Shown piece after piece: positions 9,186 to 17,813 of a stretch of 64,000 nt of DNA. Every line of letters starts with the position of its first letter. Within the stretch, counting starts at the first letter, position 1. The DNA comes from Actinomycetales bacterium. GTDB taxonomy: Bacteria; Actinomycetota; Actinomycetes; Actinomycetales; Dermatophilaceae. The stretch spans positions 12,375 to 76,374 of the forward strand of contig JBBRWQ010000003.1 in NCBI GenBank assembly GCA_038249115.1, given 5' to 3'. The translations under genes and the position numbers were made by a program. The notes beneath the pieces are model-generated. The model did no database searches, was not told the origin of the DNA, and saw only the letters and a program-made list of their open reading frames with translations.

Positions 9186-10238
9186 TCAGCGAATCTCGCC
9201 ATTCTGAGCACGTTTGCGGCTCGGCTGGACCCGCAATGGCTCGCCCGGCATCTTCGGGTACTCCGGCGGAAACGGCAGCTCGCCCAACCCCCGCTCTCTG
9301 ACGTCCCTGTCCCATAGCGCAGTCGCACGGGAGACGTCGCCGACAGCGTCATCGATCCCCGACCACGCGTCGCCGTGCTTGGCCAGGATGCCTGGGACTG
9401 TGCTCAGCGTGAAGTCCCTGGCTGACACCTCCCCGAGCTGCCCCCACGGGACGGGCATCGACACTGGCGCACCCGGCAGCGGCCGAGGGCTGTAGGCCGA
9501 GGCGATGGTGCGATCACGGTTGGCCTGGTTGAAGTCGACGAAGACCTTACGGCCACGCTCTTCCTTCCACCACGCCGTGGTGACCTCGTCCGGCATACGA
9601 CGTTCGAGCTCGCGAGCGATCCCGATGACCCCGTGGCGCACGTCCAGGAACTCATGCGTGGGCCTGATCCGGGCGTACACGTGCACCCCGCGGTTGCCGG
9701 ACGTCTTGGCCCAGCCGGTGAGCCCGATCTCCTCGAGCAGGTCCTTCAGGACGTATGCGGCCCGCACGGCGTCCGCGAAGCCCGTGCCCGGCTGCGGGTC
9801 GAGGTCGATACGCAGCTCGTCGGGGTTGTCGTTGTCGGCGCTGCGGACCGGCCACGGATGGAACGTCACCGTGTTCATCTGCACGGCCCAGACTGCGGTG
9901 GCGATCTCGTCGATGACCAGCTGTGGGTGCTTTCGAGCGGACGGGTAGGTGCACATCACCGACCGCGCCCACGCCGGCACTCCCTTGGGAGGGTTCTTGC
10001 TGAAGAACTCCTCCCCCTCGATCCCGTCGGGAAAGCGCTGCAGCGTGACCGGCCGGTCCCCCAGTGCTCGCATCATCGGCTCGGCGACGGCCACGGTGTA
10101 TTCAGCGAGCTGCAGCTTGGTGATCTCGGCGGTGTCACTGGTGGCTGGCCACATCACCCGGTCCGGGCTCGAGATTCGCACGTCACGCACGACACTGTGA
10201 GGTCCGGGGACCTGAATGACTGTCGCGGCGCTCGCCAT
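9186..10238 (-). CDS. Stand-alone LigD polymerase-domain / AEP primase-polymerase (Prim-PolC-like)
   Basis: AEP motifs ELRIDLDPQPG and KTSGNRGVHVYARI. 350 aa, with no ligase or nuclease domain attached. Confidence 0.85.
   Translation of the reverse strand: MASAATVIQVPGPHSVVRDVRISSPDRVMWPATSDTAEITKLQLAEYTVAVAEPMMRALGDRPVTLQRFPDGIEGEEFFSKNPPKGVPAWARSVMCTYPSARKHPQLVIDEIATAVWAVQMNTVTFHPWPVRSADNDNPDELRIDLDPQPGTGFADAVRAAYVLKDLLEEIGLTGWAKTSGNRGVHVYARIRPTHEFLDVRHGVIGIARELERRMPDEVTTAWWKEERGRKVFVDFNQANRDRTIASAYSPRPLPGAPVSMPVPWGQLGEVSARDFTLSTVPGILAKHGDAWSGIDDAVGDVSRATALWDRDVRERGLGELPFPPEYPKMPGEPLRVQPSRKRAQNGEIR
9197..9228. repeat. Direct repeat copy B, inside the 3' end of the prim-pol CDS
   Basis: cgccattctgagcacgtttgcggctcggctgg encodes QPSRKRAQNG on the minus strand. 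Confidence 0.85.
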
Positions 10239-10385
10239 GCTCGGAAGCCTAGCCGCGCCCCGATGACGGGTCGTTGGTCAAGGGTTCGTATGAAATATCA
10301 CCCAATCCACCCCCAACGCCACAAACGGGGCATATGGTCACGGCGGGGAGACCCCCCACCTCACCCTTTCCTTGAAAGGCAACCA

Positions 10386-12791
10386 ATGTCGGCATTCAAT
10401 CTCCGAGCGTGTGCTGCTGTCATCGCACCTGTTCTTGCCGTGAGCGGTGTGATGCTCACCGCGCTGCCAGCACAGGCAGTCTCCGCCAGTGTCGTGGTCT
10501 CCGAGGTCTATGGCGGCGGCGGCAACAGCGGTGCCGTCTGGAAGAACGACTTCGTCGAGCTGTACAACCGCTCCGACGCAGCCGTGGACGTCACCGGCTG
10601 GGTCGTCCAGTACTTCTCCGCAACAACCACAAACCCCATCCCTGCTTCCGGCAACACCGCGACGCTGACCGGCGCGGTGGCAGCCCATCACACCTACCTC
10701 GTGCAGATGGGCTCAGGCACCAACCTCTCCGCAACCCCGTTGCCCACGCCCGACGCGACCGCCACGGTGGCGATGGGCAGCACCGCCGGACGGATAGACC
10801 TGGTTCAGGCCGGCACCGTCGTCGACCGGGTCGGCTACGGCACCACCGCGACCACCTTCGAGGGGAGCCCCGCCCCGGGCCTCAGCAAAACCACCTCGGC
10901 CACCCGAAATGCCCCCTGCGTCGACACCGACAACAACGCGACAGACTTCCGCGCCACCGAGCCGTCGCCTGAGAACAGCACCGTCGACAAGCCGTCCTGC
11001 AAGGTCATCCCGCCCGCCCCCGAGATCGCGACGATCGAGCAGATCCAGGGTACGAGCCACATTTCGCCATTGAACGGGAAGATGGTCGCCGGTGTTCTCG
11101 GAGTCGTGACCGTCGTCGGCCGCAACGGCTACTGGATCCAGAGCAGCACTCCCGATGCCGATAACGCCACCAGCGAGGGCCTGTACGTATACTCCGGCAA
11201 CGCCGTCATCACGGTCGCCGTTGGCGACAACGTGAGCGTGGCCGGCTCGATCTCCGAGTACCGCCCCGGCAAAGGCGCCAACCTGACCACCACCGAGCTG
11301 ACCGGTCCGACAGTGACCGTTATCTCCTCTGACAACGCCCTGCCGAAACCTGTCGTTCTCGGCGTCGACCGGATCGCGCCGCAACAGGTGATCGAGGAGG
11401 GCCAGCCCTGGAACGTCGAGTACGAGAATGTGCCCTTCCGCCCGGAGACCGACGCGATCGACTTCTACGAGTCCCTTGAGGGGATGCTTGCAGCGGTTCG
11501 CGACGCCAAGGTCGTCGGCGTCACCAAGTCGTTCGGCGAGATGACCGTCGTGCCCGGCCAGAACGTCGACGCGACAACCACCCCTCGTGGCGGGGTCCTC
11601 TACTCCGGCTACGACCACCCGAACGCGATGCGGGTGCAGCTCGACGACGCACTTCTGCCGTGGGGTGCGATGCCGAAGGCCAGTGTGGGCGACTCCATCG
11701 CCGGAAACACGGTCGGCGTCATCGACTACTCGTACAACAACCCCAAGCTCGAGGTGACGGCGACGCCGATGCTCACCCTCGGCGGACTCCAGCGCGAGAT
11801 CACCAAACGTCAGTCCAACAACCAGCTGGCAGTGTCGACCTTCAACGTCGAGAACCTCGCGCCCGGCGATGCTCAGATCAAGTTCGACCGTCTGGCCGGT
11901 CAGGTCGTCAACAACCTGAAGAGCCCGGACATCCTGGCGCTGGAGGAGATCCAGGACAACAGCGGAGCCGCGAAAGACGGCACGGTCGACTCGACCATGA
12001 CCAGCGACAAGCTGATCGCCGCGATCACGGCCGCGGGTGGCCCGGCGTACACCGCGCGCTGGGTTAACCCCCAGGATCTGAAGGACGGTGGGGCGCCCGG
12101 CGCCAACATCCGCCAGGTCTTCTTCTACCGTGCCGACCGCGAGGTCGGGTTCGTGACTGCTCCCGCAGGCGACGCGACCACGGCCGAGAGCCTGACGATC
12201 ATCGACGGCAAACCACACCTGGCCCTGAACCCCGGACGGATCACGCCCACCAATGAGGCGTGGACGGACTCCCGCAAGCCCCTGGCCGGCGAGTTCACCT
12301 TCCGTGGCAAGACGGTCTTCGTGATCGCCAACCACTTCTCCTCCAAGGGTGGTGACGACCCGCTGTTCGGCAGGTGGCAGCAGCCGGTTCGCTTCTCGGA
12401 GGACGACCGTCATCTGCAGGCCCAGGAGGTCCGGACCTTCCTCGACCAGCTGCTCGCAGCCGATGCAGGCGCCAACGTGGTGGTGCTCGGTGACATCAAC
12501 GACTTCGAGTTCAGCCAGACGGTCGACATCATGGTCGGCTCCGGCAGCAAGGCGATCGTTGACCTGCCGCGTACGTTGCCGGTGAAGGAGCGTTACTCCT
12601 ACGTCTACGAGGGCAACAGCCAGGTGCTCGACCAGATCCTGATCAGCCAGGCCCTGACGAAAGCTCCCCCCGGCGCCATGTACCCGGCGTACGACTACGA
12701 CATCGTGCACACCAACTCGGAGTTCTGGGACCAGGACTCCGACCACGACCCCCAGGTCGTGCGGCTCGCGATCCGGGGTGGCATCGGCTGA
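10386..12791 (+). CDS. Secreted nuclease: lamin-tail domain + endonuclease/exonuclease/phosphatase domain (ExeM/NucH-like)
   Basis: Signal peptide MSAFNLRACAAVIAPVLAVSGVMLTALPAQA. LTD-like segment VVSEVYGGGGNSGAVWKNDFVELYN...VTGW. C-terminal EEP signature SDHDPQVVRL. The track ORF from 9633 is a false extension antisense to prim-pol. Confidence 0.8.
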   Translation: MSAFNLRACAAVIAPVLAVSGVMLTALPAQAVSASVVVSEVYGGGGNSGAVWKNDFVELYNRSDAAVDVTGWVVQYFSATTTNPIPASGNTATLTGAVAAHHTYLVQMGSGTNLSATPLPTPDATATVAMGSTAGRIDLVQAGTVVDRVGYGTTATTFEGSPAPGLSKTTSATRNAPCVDTDNNATDFRATEPSPENSTVDKPSCKVIPPAPEIATIEQIQGTSHISPLNGKMVAGVLGVVTVVGRNGYWIQSSTPDADNATSEGLYVYSGNAVITVAVGDNVSVAGSISEYRPGKGANLTTTELTGPTVTVISSDNALPKPVVLGVDRIAPQQVIEEGQPWNVEYENVPFRPETDAIDFYESLEGMLAAVRDAKVVGVTKSFGEMTVVPGQNVDATTTPRGGVLYSGYDHPNAMRVQLDDALLPWGAMPKASVGDSIAGNTVGVIDYSYNNPKLEVTATPMLTLGGLQREITKRQSNNQLAVSTFNVENLAPGDAQIKFDRLAGQVVNNLKSPDILALEEIQDNSGAAKDGTVDSTMTSDKLIAAITAAGGPAYTARWVNPQDLKDGGAPGANIRQVFFYRADREVGFVTAPAGDATTAESLTIIDGKPHLALNPGRITPTNEAWTDSRKPLAGEFTFRGKTVFVIANHFSSKGGDDPLFGRWQQPVRFSEDDRHLQAQEVRTFLDQLLAADAGANVVVLGDINDFEFSQTVDIMVGSGSKAIVDLPRTLPVKERYSYVYEGNSQVLDQILISQALTKAPPGAMYPAYDYDIVHTNSEFWDQDSDHDPQVVRLAIRGGIG

Positions 12792-12836
12792 CCTGACGGA
12801 AGGCCAACGCCGGAACGACTGAACGCCTCCACTACA

Positions 12837-12878
12837 GCGCCCCGCCGGGAACGTTTTCGGCGGGGCGCGTTGTTGTGT
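12837..12878 (+). terminator. Rho-independent terminator after the nuclease gene
   Basis: 11-bp GC stem GCGCCCCGCCG / CGGCGGGGCGC with a 10-nt loop, followed by GTTGTTGTGT. Confidence 0.6.
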
Positions 12879-12919
12879 AGGTCGTGAAGTGGTTATCAGC
12901 CCTGCGTAGGAGGACCCCC

Positions 12920-13333
12920 ATGAACGACGGCCGCAGCTATCCCGTGACCAAGACCGACGAGCAGTGGCGCGAGCAGCTCACCCCCGCGGAGTATGAGGTG
13001 CTTCGGCAGGCCGGAACGGAACGGCCTGGCGTCGGCGAGTACACCGACACCAAGACCCAGGGCGTGTACTCCTGCCGGGCGTGCGACACCGAGCTGTTCC
13101 GCAGTGACACCAAGTTCGACAGCCACTGCGGCTGGCCCTCCTTCTACGCACCTCTTGCGCAGGACCGCGTCGACTACATCGAGGATCACAGCATGGGCAC
13201 CAAACGGGTCGAAGTCCGTTGTGCCAGCTGCGGATCACACCTCGGGCACGTGTTCGAGGGCGAGGGCTATGACGTCCCGACCGACCAGCGGTACTGCATC
13301 AACTCGATATCCCTCAAGCTCCTCGAGTCGTGA
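12920..13333 (+). CDS. msrB: Peptide-methionine (R)-S-oxide reductase
   Basis: Two CxxC pairs (CRACDTELF, CASCGSHLGH) and the catalytic RYCINS motif. ATG 12920 is preceded by GGAGG. Confidence 0.9.
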   Translation: MNDGRSYPVTKTDEQWREQLTPAEYEVLRQAGTERPGVGEYTDTKTQGVYSCRACDTELFRSDTKFDSHCGWPSFYAPLAQDRVDYIEDHSMGTKRVEVRCASCGSHLGHVFEGEGYDVPTDQRYCINSISLKLLES

Positions 13334-13350
13334 GCCGGCCGCACCCGGGA

Positions 13351-14664
13351 TCAAGTCAGGATTGGCGTGAGCACGTCGAGCAAGCTCGGTGAGCCCGGGA
13401 GCACCTCCAGGTCGTACTGAACGCGGAACGCGGGCTTGCGGATGTCGATCACCCGGCGGAGGTCGATCGGCGTCCCGATGACGACGACGTCGACATCCGC
13501 CGCGTCGATGATCTCCTCCATCTCGGCGAGTTGGCCTTCCGAATAACCCATGGCCGGCAGGACCGGTCCGACGTCGTACTTGCGGAACGTCTCTGCGATC
13601 GTGCCAGTCGCCCAGGGTCGCGGGTCGACGATCTCGGCCGCTCCATGTGCCCGGGCGGCGACGACCCCGGCACCGAACTTCATCTCGCCATGGGTCAGTG
13701 TCGGGCCGTCCTCGATCACGAGGACGCGCTTTCCTTTAATGGCGTCTGGATCGTCCATGGTCACGCGGCTGTTCGCCTTGATGACCGTCGCCTCAGGGTT
13801 CACCTGATGGATCGTGTCCATCAATGCCGTGACCTGTTCGGCCGAAGCGGAGTCCATCTTGTTGATCACGATCACGTCGGCCATCCGGAGGTTGGCCTCG
13901 CCCGGGTAGTAGCTCGTCTCGTGGCCGGCGCGGAGCGGGTCTGCCACCACGATGTGGATGTCCGGCCGGTAGAACGGCAGGTCGTTGTTCCCGCCATCCC
14001 AGAGCAGCACGTCGCATTCGGCTTGCGCCTGCTCGAGGATCTGGCCGTAGTCGACGCCCGCGTAGATGATCGTGCCGGCCATGATGTGCGGCTCGTACTC
14101 CTCGCGCTCCTCGATCGTCGTCTTGTGCCGGTCGAGGTCTTCGAGGGTCGCGTACCGCTGCACGCGCTGCGCCTCGAGGTTCCCGTACGGCATTGGGTGC
14201 CGGACCGCCGCGACGCGCTTGCCTGCCGCCTTCAGCGTCTCGGCGATCGCTCGCGTCGTCTGGGTCTTGCCCGAACCGGTGCGGACGGCGCAGACGGCTA
14301 CCACGGGGACGGTCGACGTCAGCATCGTCTCGCGCGGCCCGAGCAGGACGAAGTTCGCGCCGGCGGCCAGCACCTGGCTGGCCTTGTGCATCACGTACGC
14401 ATGGCTGACGTCCGAGTAGCTGAAGATGACGTCGTCAATCTCCTGCTCCTTGATCAGCTGGTTGAGCATGCTCTCGTCGTGAATCGGGATGCCATCCGGA
14501 TAACGCTCGCCGGCGAGGCTGGCCGGGTAGGTCCGGTCGTCGATGAACGGGATCTGAGTCGCGGTGAAGGCAACAACCGTGACATGGGGATCTTCCCGAT
14601 AGGCCACGTTGAAGTTGTGAAAGTCGCGCCCTGCGGCGCCCATGATGAGCAGTCGACGCTGCAT
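13351..14664 (-). CDS. P-loop protein of the cyclic 2,3-diphosphoglycerate synthetase-like family (often annotated GTPase)
   Basis: 437 aa starting MQRRLLIMGAAGRDFHNFN. P-loop AVRTGSGKTQTT. Overall similarity to the cpgS-like family is recalled from memory. Confidence 0.65.
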   Translation of the reverse strand: MQRRLLIMGAAGRDFHNFNVAYREDPHVTVVAFTATQIPFIDDRTYPASLAGERYPDGIPIHDESMLNQLIKEQEIDDVIFSYSDVSHAYVMHKASQVLAAGANFVLLGPRETMLTSTVPVVAVCAVRTGSGKTQTTRAIAETLKAAGKRVAAVRHPMPYGNLEAQRVQRYATLEDLDRHKTTIEEREEYEPHIMAGTIIYAGVDYGQILEQAQAECDVLLWDGGNNDLPFYRPDIHIVVADPLRAGHETSYYPGEANLRMADVIVINKMDSASAEQVTALMDTIHQVNPEATVIKANSRVTMDDPDAIKGKRVLVIEDGPTLTHGEMKFGAGVVAARAHGAAEIVDPRPWATGTIAETFRKYDVGPVLPAMGYSEGQLAEMEEIIDAADVDVVVIGTPIDLRRVIDIRKPAFRVQYDLEVLPGSPSLLDVLTPILT

Positions 14665-14763
14665 CCCTGGATCCTCTCGGAGGTCTGACGCCCGGGACGT
14701 ACGGCCCGGCATCCTGAACCTATCGACCCGACCGGTGTGGCGTCTCGATCTTGAGCGAGATTA

Positions 14764-14785
14764 TCGGCGGGCTGCAGCCCGCCGA
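14764..14785 (-). terminator. Palindromic GC hairpin downstream of chdC (candidate terminator)
   Basis: Perfect 22-bp palindrome TCGGCGGGCTGCAGCCCGCCGA, 55 nt after the chdC stop. The U-tract is weak. Confidence 0.4.
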
Positions 14786-14839
14786 CATGACTACAAGAGC
14801 CCCTCGGCGCCAAGCGACCCTGATAGAGCCGCGGTGTGC

Positions 14840-15541
14840 TCAGGGCAGGGAGTCGACCAGCGCCGCAACCTCGACCCGCGGGCCGGTGTAGAACGGCACC
14901 TCTTCGCGGACATGCCGGCGGGTCTCGGAGCCACGCAGGTGTCGCATGAGGTCGACGATGCGGGACAGGTCCTCAGCCTCGAAGGCCAGGATCCACTCGT
15001 AGTCCCCCAGGGCGAACGACGAGATGGTGTTAGCGCGCACGTCTGGGTAGCCCCGCGCCATCTGCCCATGCTCCGACAGGAGAGCGCGGCGCTCCACGTC
15101 GTCCAGGAGGTACCACTCGAAGGAACGTACGAACGGGTAGACGCAGATGAAGTCCTTGGGGTTCTCGTCGGCCATGAAGGCCGGGATGTGCCCCTTGTTG
15201 AACTCCGCCGGACGGTGCAGCGCGACCACGGACCACACCGGCTCCAGGTGGGCACCCAGCTCAGTGCGGCGGAAGCGGTGGTATGCCGACTGCACGGTGC
15301 GGATGTCCTCGGCGTGCCACCAGATCATGAAGTCCGCATCACCCCGGAGCCCCGCCACGTCGTAGACCCCTCGCACCACGACACCGTGCCCGGCGACCTC
15401 GGCGAACAGCGCTTCAACCTCGGCTGCGACCTTGGCACGGTCCTCAGGCAGAGGGGACGTGACCTTGAACACCGACCACATCGCATAGCGGATGCTGTCG
15501 TTGATCTCGCGGATCTGGCTGGCGGAGGGCTTGGGGCTCAT
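14840..15541 (-). CDS. chdC: Coproheme decarboxylase (HemQ/ChdC, chlorite dismutase family)
   Basis: Family-typical sequence YAMWSVFKV...ADFMIWWHA...[12 protein letters not shown]. Start set at MSPKPS (ATG 15541). Confidence 0.85.
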   Translation of the reverse strand: MSPKPSASQIREINDSIRYAMWSVFKVTSPLPEDRAKVAAEVEALFAEVAGHGVVVRGVYDVAGLRGDADFMIWWHAEDIRTVQSAYHRFRRTELGAHLEPVWSVVALHRPAEFNKGHIPAFMADENPKDFICVYPFVRSFEWYLLDDVERRALLSEHGQMARGYPDVRANTISSFALGDYEWILAFEAEDLSRIVDLMRHLRGSETRRHVREEVPFYTGPRVEVAALVDSLP

Positions 15542-15667
15542 CCCCACATTCTGTCCTGATGGCCGGCCCGTGACCGAATCGACACCGAAGCCCAGGGAAC
15601 CAAAGCGTCCTTCCCCCGCTCCAATGGGCATATCGATCCGACCGCGATCGACCTTTGGAGGTCTGCC

Positions 15668-16639
15668 ATGAAGGTTCAGCTCATTGCCGCCGGCGCCCTG
15701 ACCGCGCTGCTGCTCGCCGGATGCAGCGGCGCCGCCACGACCTCCTCCGACTCAGCTGCCGTGGGCGGCGGCGTGGCGCTCCAGGACAGCACCCAGGTCA
15801 AGGGTGCACCGGAAGCCAGGACAGGCGCGGTGGCACCGGGAGCTCCTGCCGACGCGTCCAAGCCCGGGTCGGCGGCGGTCAGTGTCGGGCCAAAGCTGAC
15901 CAAGAGCGCGAGCCTCGACCTACGGGTCAAGAACATCAGCAAGGCCGCGGCCAGCGTGCGCGCCATTGCCACGGGTCTGCAGGCGCAGGTGCTCAGCGAG
16001 CAGATCGGAGGAGGCCTCCCCGGTGACCCAAGGCCGCTTTCGAACAACGGCCAGCCGTCCCCTGAGCTCAACGGTTTCGGCACGCTGACGCTGTCGGTGC
16101 CGGCCGACAAACTGGACGTCGCACTGGACCAGCTCGCCAAGATCGGCACCGTTCTTCAGCGCACCACCTCCTCTCAGGACGTCACCGCGCAGTATGTCGA
16201 CACGCAGAGCCGGCTGAAGACCATGCGCGCCAGCGTCGACCGGGTACGCGCGCTGATGGCACAGGCCAAGGACATCGGTCAGGTTGTGGTCCTGGAGAGC
16301 GAGCTGAGTCGGCGAGAGGCTGACCTGGAGTCGCTGGAGTCGCAGCTTGCCGCGCTCGACACCGCCGTCGACCGCTCGACGGTCGCGGTATCACTGAGCA
16401 CCCCCGGCAACGAGCCCGTGTCGGACAACGGCTTCCTTGCCGGTCTGCGCTCGGGCTGGGACGCGTTCACCGCCTCAGCGGCCGGGTTGTTCAAAGGTTT
16501 CGGCGCCGTACTTCCGTTCGCAGTGCTCTTCGCCCTGGTGGGTGCACCGATCTGGCGGTGGCTCCGCCATCGCAAGACCGGCACGGTTGTGCCGTCAACG
16601 GGGTCAGGTCAGCAGGTGAAGTCGGCTCCTGAGGGCTGA
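15668..16639 (+). CDS. DUF4349-like lipoprotein with C-terminal TM segment
   Basis: Lipobox LLLAGC, a coiled-coil-like central region, and a C-terminal hydrophobic helix. Confidence 0.7.
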   Translation: MKVQLIAAGALTALLLAGCSGAATTSSDSAAVGGGVALQDSTQVKGAPEARTGAVAPGAPADASKPGSAAVSVGPKLTKSASLDLRVKNISKAAASVRAIATGLQAQVLSEQIGGGLPGDPRPLSNNGQPSPELNGFGTLTLSVPADKLDVALDQLAKIGTVLQRTTSSQDVTAQYVDTQSRLKTMRASVDRVRALMAQAKDIGQVVVLESELSRREADLESLESQLAALDTAVDRSTVAVSLSTPGNEPVSDNGFLAGLRSGWDAFTASAAGLFKGFGAVLPFAVLFALVGAPIWRWLRHRKTGTVVPSTGSGQQVKSAPEG

Positions 16640-16736
16640 GAAGTGGCTCGGCGCCCTATCAAGGGAGCCTGCGAGCAGGGGCAAGAGCCACTCCTCAGCC
16701 CGATGGACCCCCAGAGCCGCCAGCCCTTAGAGAGCG

Positions 16737-17789
16737 TTACCGGGCAGAGACCTCGTGGACCAGCTCGACGACGCGGGTCAGCACCTCGGGATCGGTATCA
16801 GGCAGGACCCCGTGGCCCAGGTTGAAGATGTGGCCCGGCGCCTGGGCGCCCTCGGTCACGATCGACCGCACAGCCTTCTCCAGAGCCGGCCAGGGTGCGA
16901 ACAGCAGCGCCGGGTCCAGGTTGCCCTGGACGGCATACCCGTCTCCGAGGCGGGCGCGGGCATCGGTCAGGGAGGTGCGGAAGTCCACGCCCACGACATC
17001 GGCGCCGGCAGCACCCATCGAGGCCAGCAGCTCGCCGGTGACGGTGCCGAAGTGGATCGTCGGCACGTCGAGATCGGCCACGGCCGACAGCGCCGCTCGC
17101 GAGTGCGGCAGGACGAACGCCTCGTAGTCGTTGCGTGACAGCGCGCCCACCCACGAGTCGAACAGCTGCACGACCGATGCCCCTGCCTGCACCTGGACCC
17201 GAAGCATCGCTCCGGAGATCTGTGCCAGCCGGGCGCACAGCGCATTCCACAGCTCCGGGTCGCCATGCATCATGGCCTTGGTGTGCTCGTGGTTCTTGGA
17301 CGGCCCGCCCTCCACGAGGTATGACGCGAGAGTGAACGGCGCCCCGGAGAATCCGATCAGCGGCGTTGCGCCCAGCTCCGGGAGCACCATCTGCACGGCC
17401 TCGGTGATGTAGGGGAGATGCTCGGGAGTCAGCTCCGGAAGACGGTCGAGGTCGGCCACGGTGCGGAACGGCTGGGCAATCACGGGCCCCACCCCCGCGA
17501 CGATGTCAAGGTCGACGCCAACGGCGGCCAGCGGGACCACGATGTCGCTGAACAAGATCGCGGCGTCGACGCCATGGCGGCGCACCGGCTGCATCGTGAT
17601 CTCGGCGACCAGGTCGGCCCTGCGACAGGAGTCGAGCATGCCCACGCCTTCGCGAACCTTGCGGTACTCCGGCAGCGACCGGCCCGCCTGTCGCATGAAC
17701 CAGACCGGCGTGTGCGACACGCTCTGACGTCTTGCTGCGCGGACCAGCGCACTGTCACGGGGACTGATCGGGGAGTTAGTCACGTGCAA
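16737..17789 (-). CDS. hemE: Uroporphyrinogen decarboxylase
   Basis: N-terminal PVWFMRQAGRSLPEYR motif and a 350-aa URO-D length. Confidence 0.9.
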   Translation of the reverse strand: MHVTNSPISPRDSALVRAARRQSVSHTPVWFMRQAGRSLPEYRKVREGVGMLDSCRRADLVAEITMQPVRRHGVDAAILFSDIVVPLAAVGVDLDIVAGVGPVIAQPFRTVADLDRLPELTPEHLPYITEAVQMVLPELGATPLIGFSGAPFTLASYLVEGGPSKNHEHTKAMMHGDPELWNALCARLAQISGAMLRVQVQAGASVVQLFDSWVGALSRNDYEAFVLPHSRAALSAVADLDVPTIHFGTVTGELLASMGAAGADVVGVDFRTSLTDARARLGDGYAVQGNLDPALLFAPWPALEKAVRSIVTEGAQAPGHIFNLGHGVLPDTDPEVLTRVVELVHEVSAR

Positions 17790-17813
17790 ATCCTCCCACG
17801 GACGGACAGCGGG

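Larger units (their letters stand above)
8748..9228. mobile_element. Possible remnant of an integrated element bounded by 32-bp direct repeats
   Basis: The repeats flank a ~420-bp segment holding one small Cys/His ORF. Copy B is the actual 3' end of the prim-pol gene. No integrase is present, so this is an inference only. Confidence 0.3.

Noticed and set aside
9633-10385. N-terminal 251 aa of the 1052-aa track ORF. Analogous extensions occur at 21932-22042, 37134-37664, 42498-42863, 43628-44800, 43139-43750 and 59643-59807.
   Set aside because: These extensions run antisense through neighbouring real genes and lack family similarity. Internal starts reproduce the family-typical N-termini and/or have an RBS or stop-start coupling.
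10713-12746. 677-aa ORF on the minus strand
   Set aside because: It lies entirely antisense to the well-supported nuclease CDS. Its sequence is Arg/Gly/Val-rich with no recognisable motifs, typical of a shadow ORF in high-GC DNA.
16636-16700. Long-range complementary 15-mers (GCTGAGAAGTGGCTC / GAGCCACTCCTCAGC) between the convergent DUF4349 and hemE genes, as a bidirectional terminator
   Set aside because: The loop is 35 nt, there is one mismatch, and there is no U-tract. It is plausible but not supportable from sequence alone.
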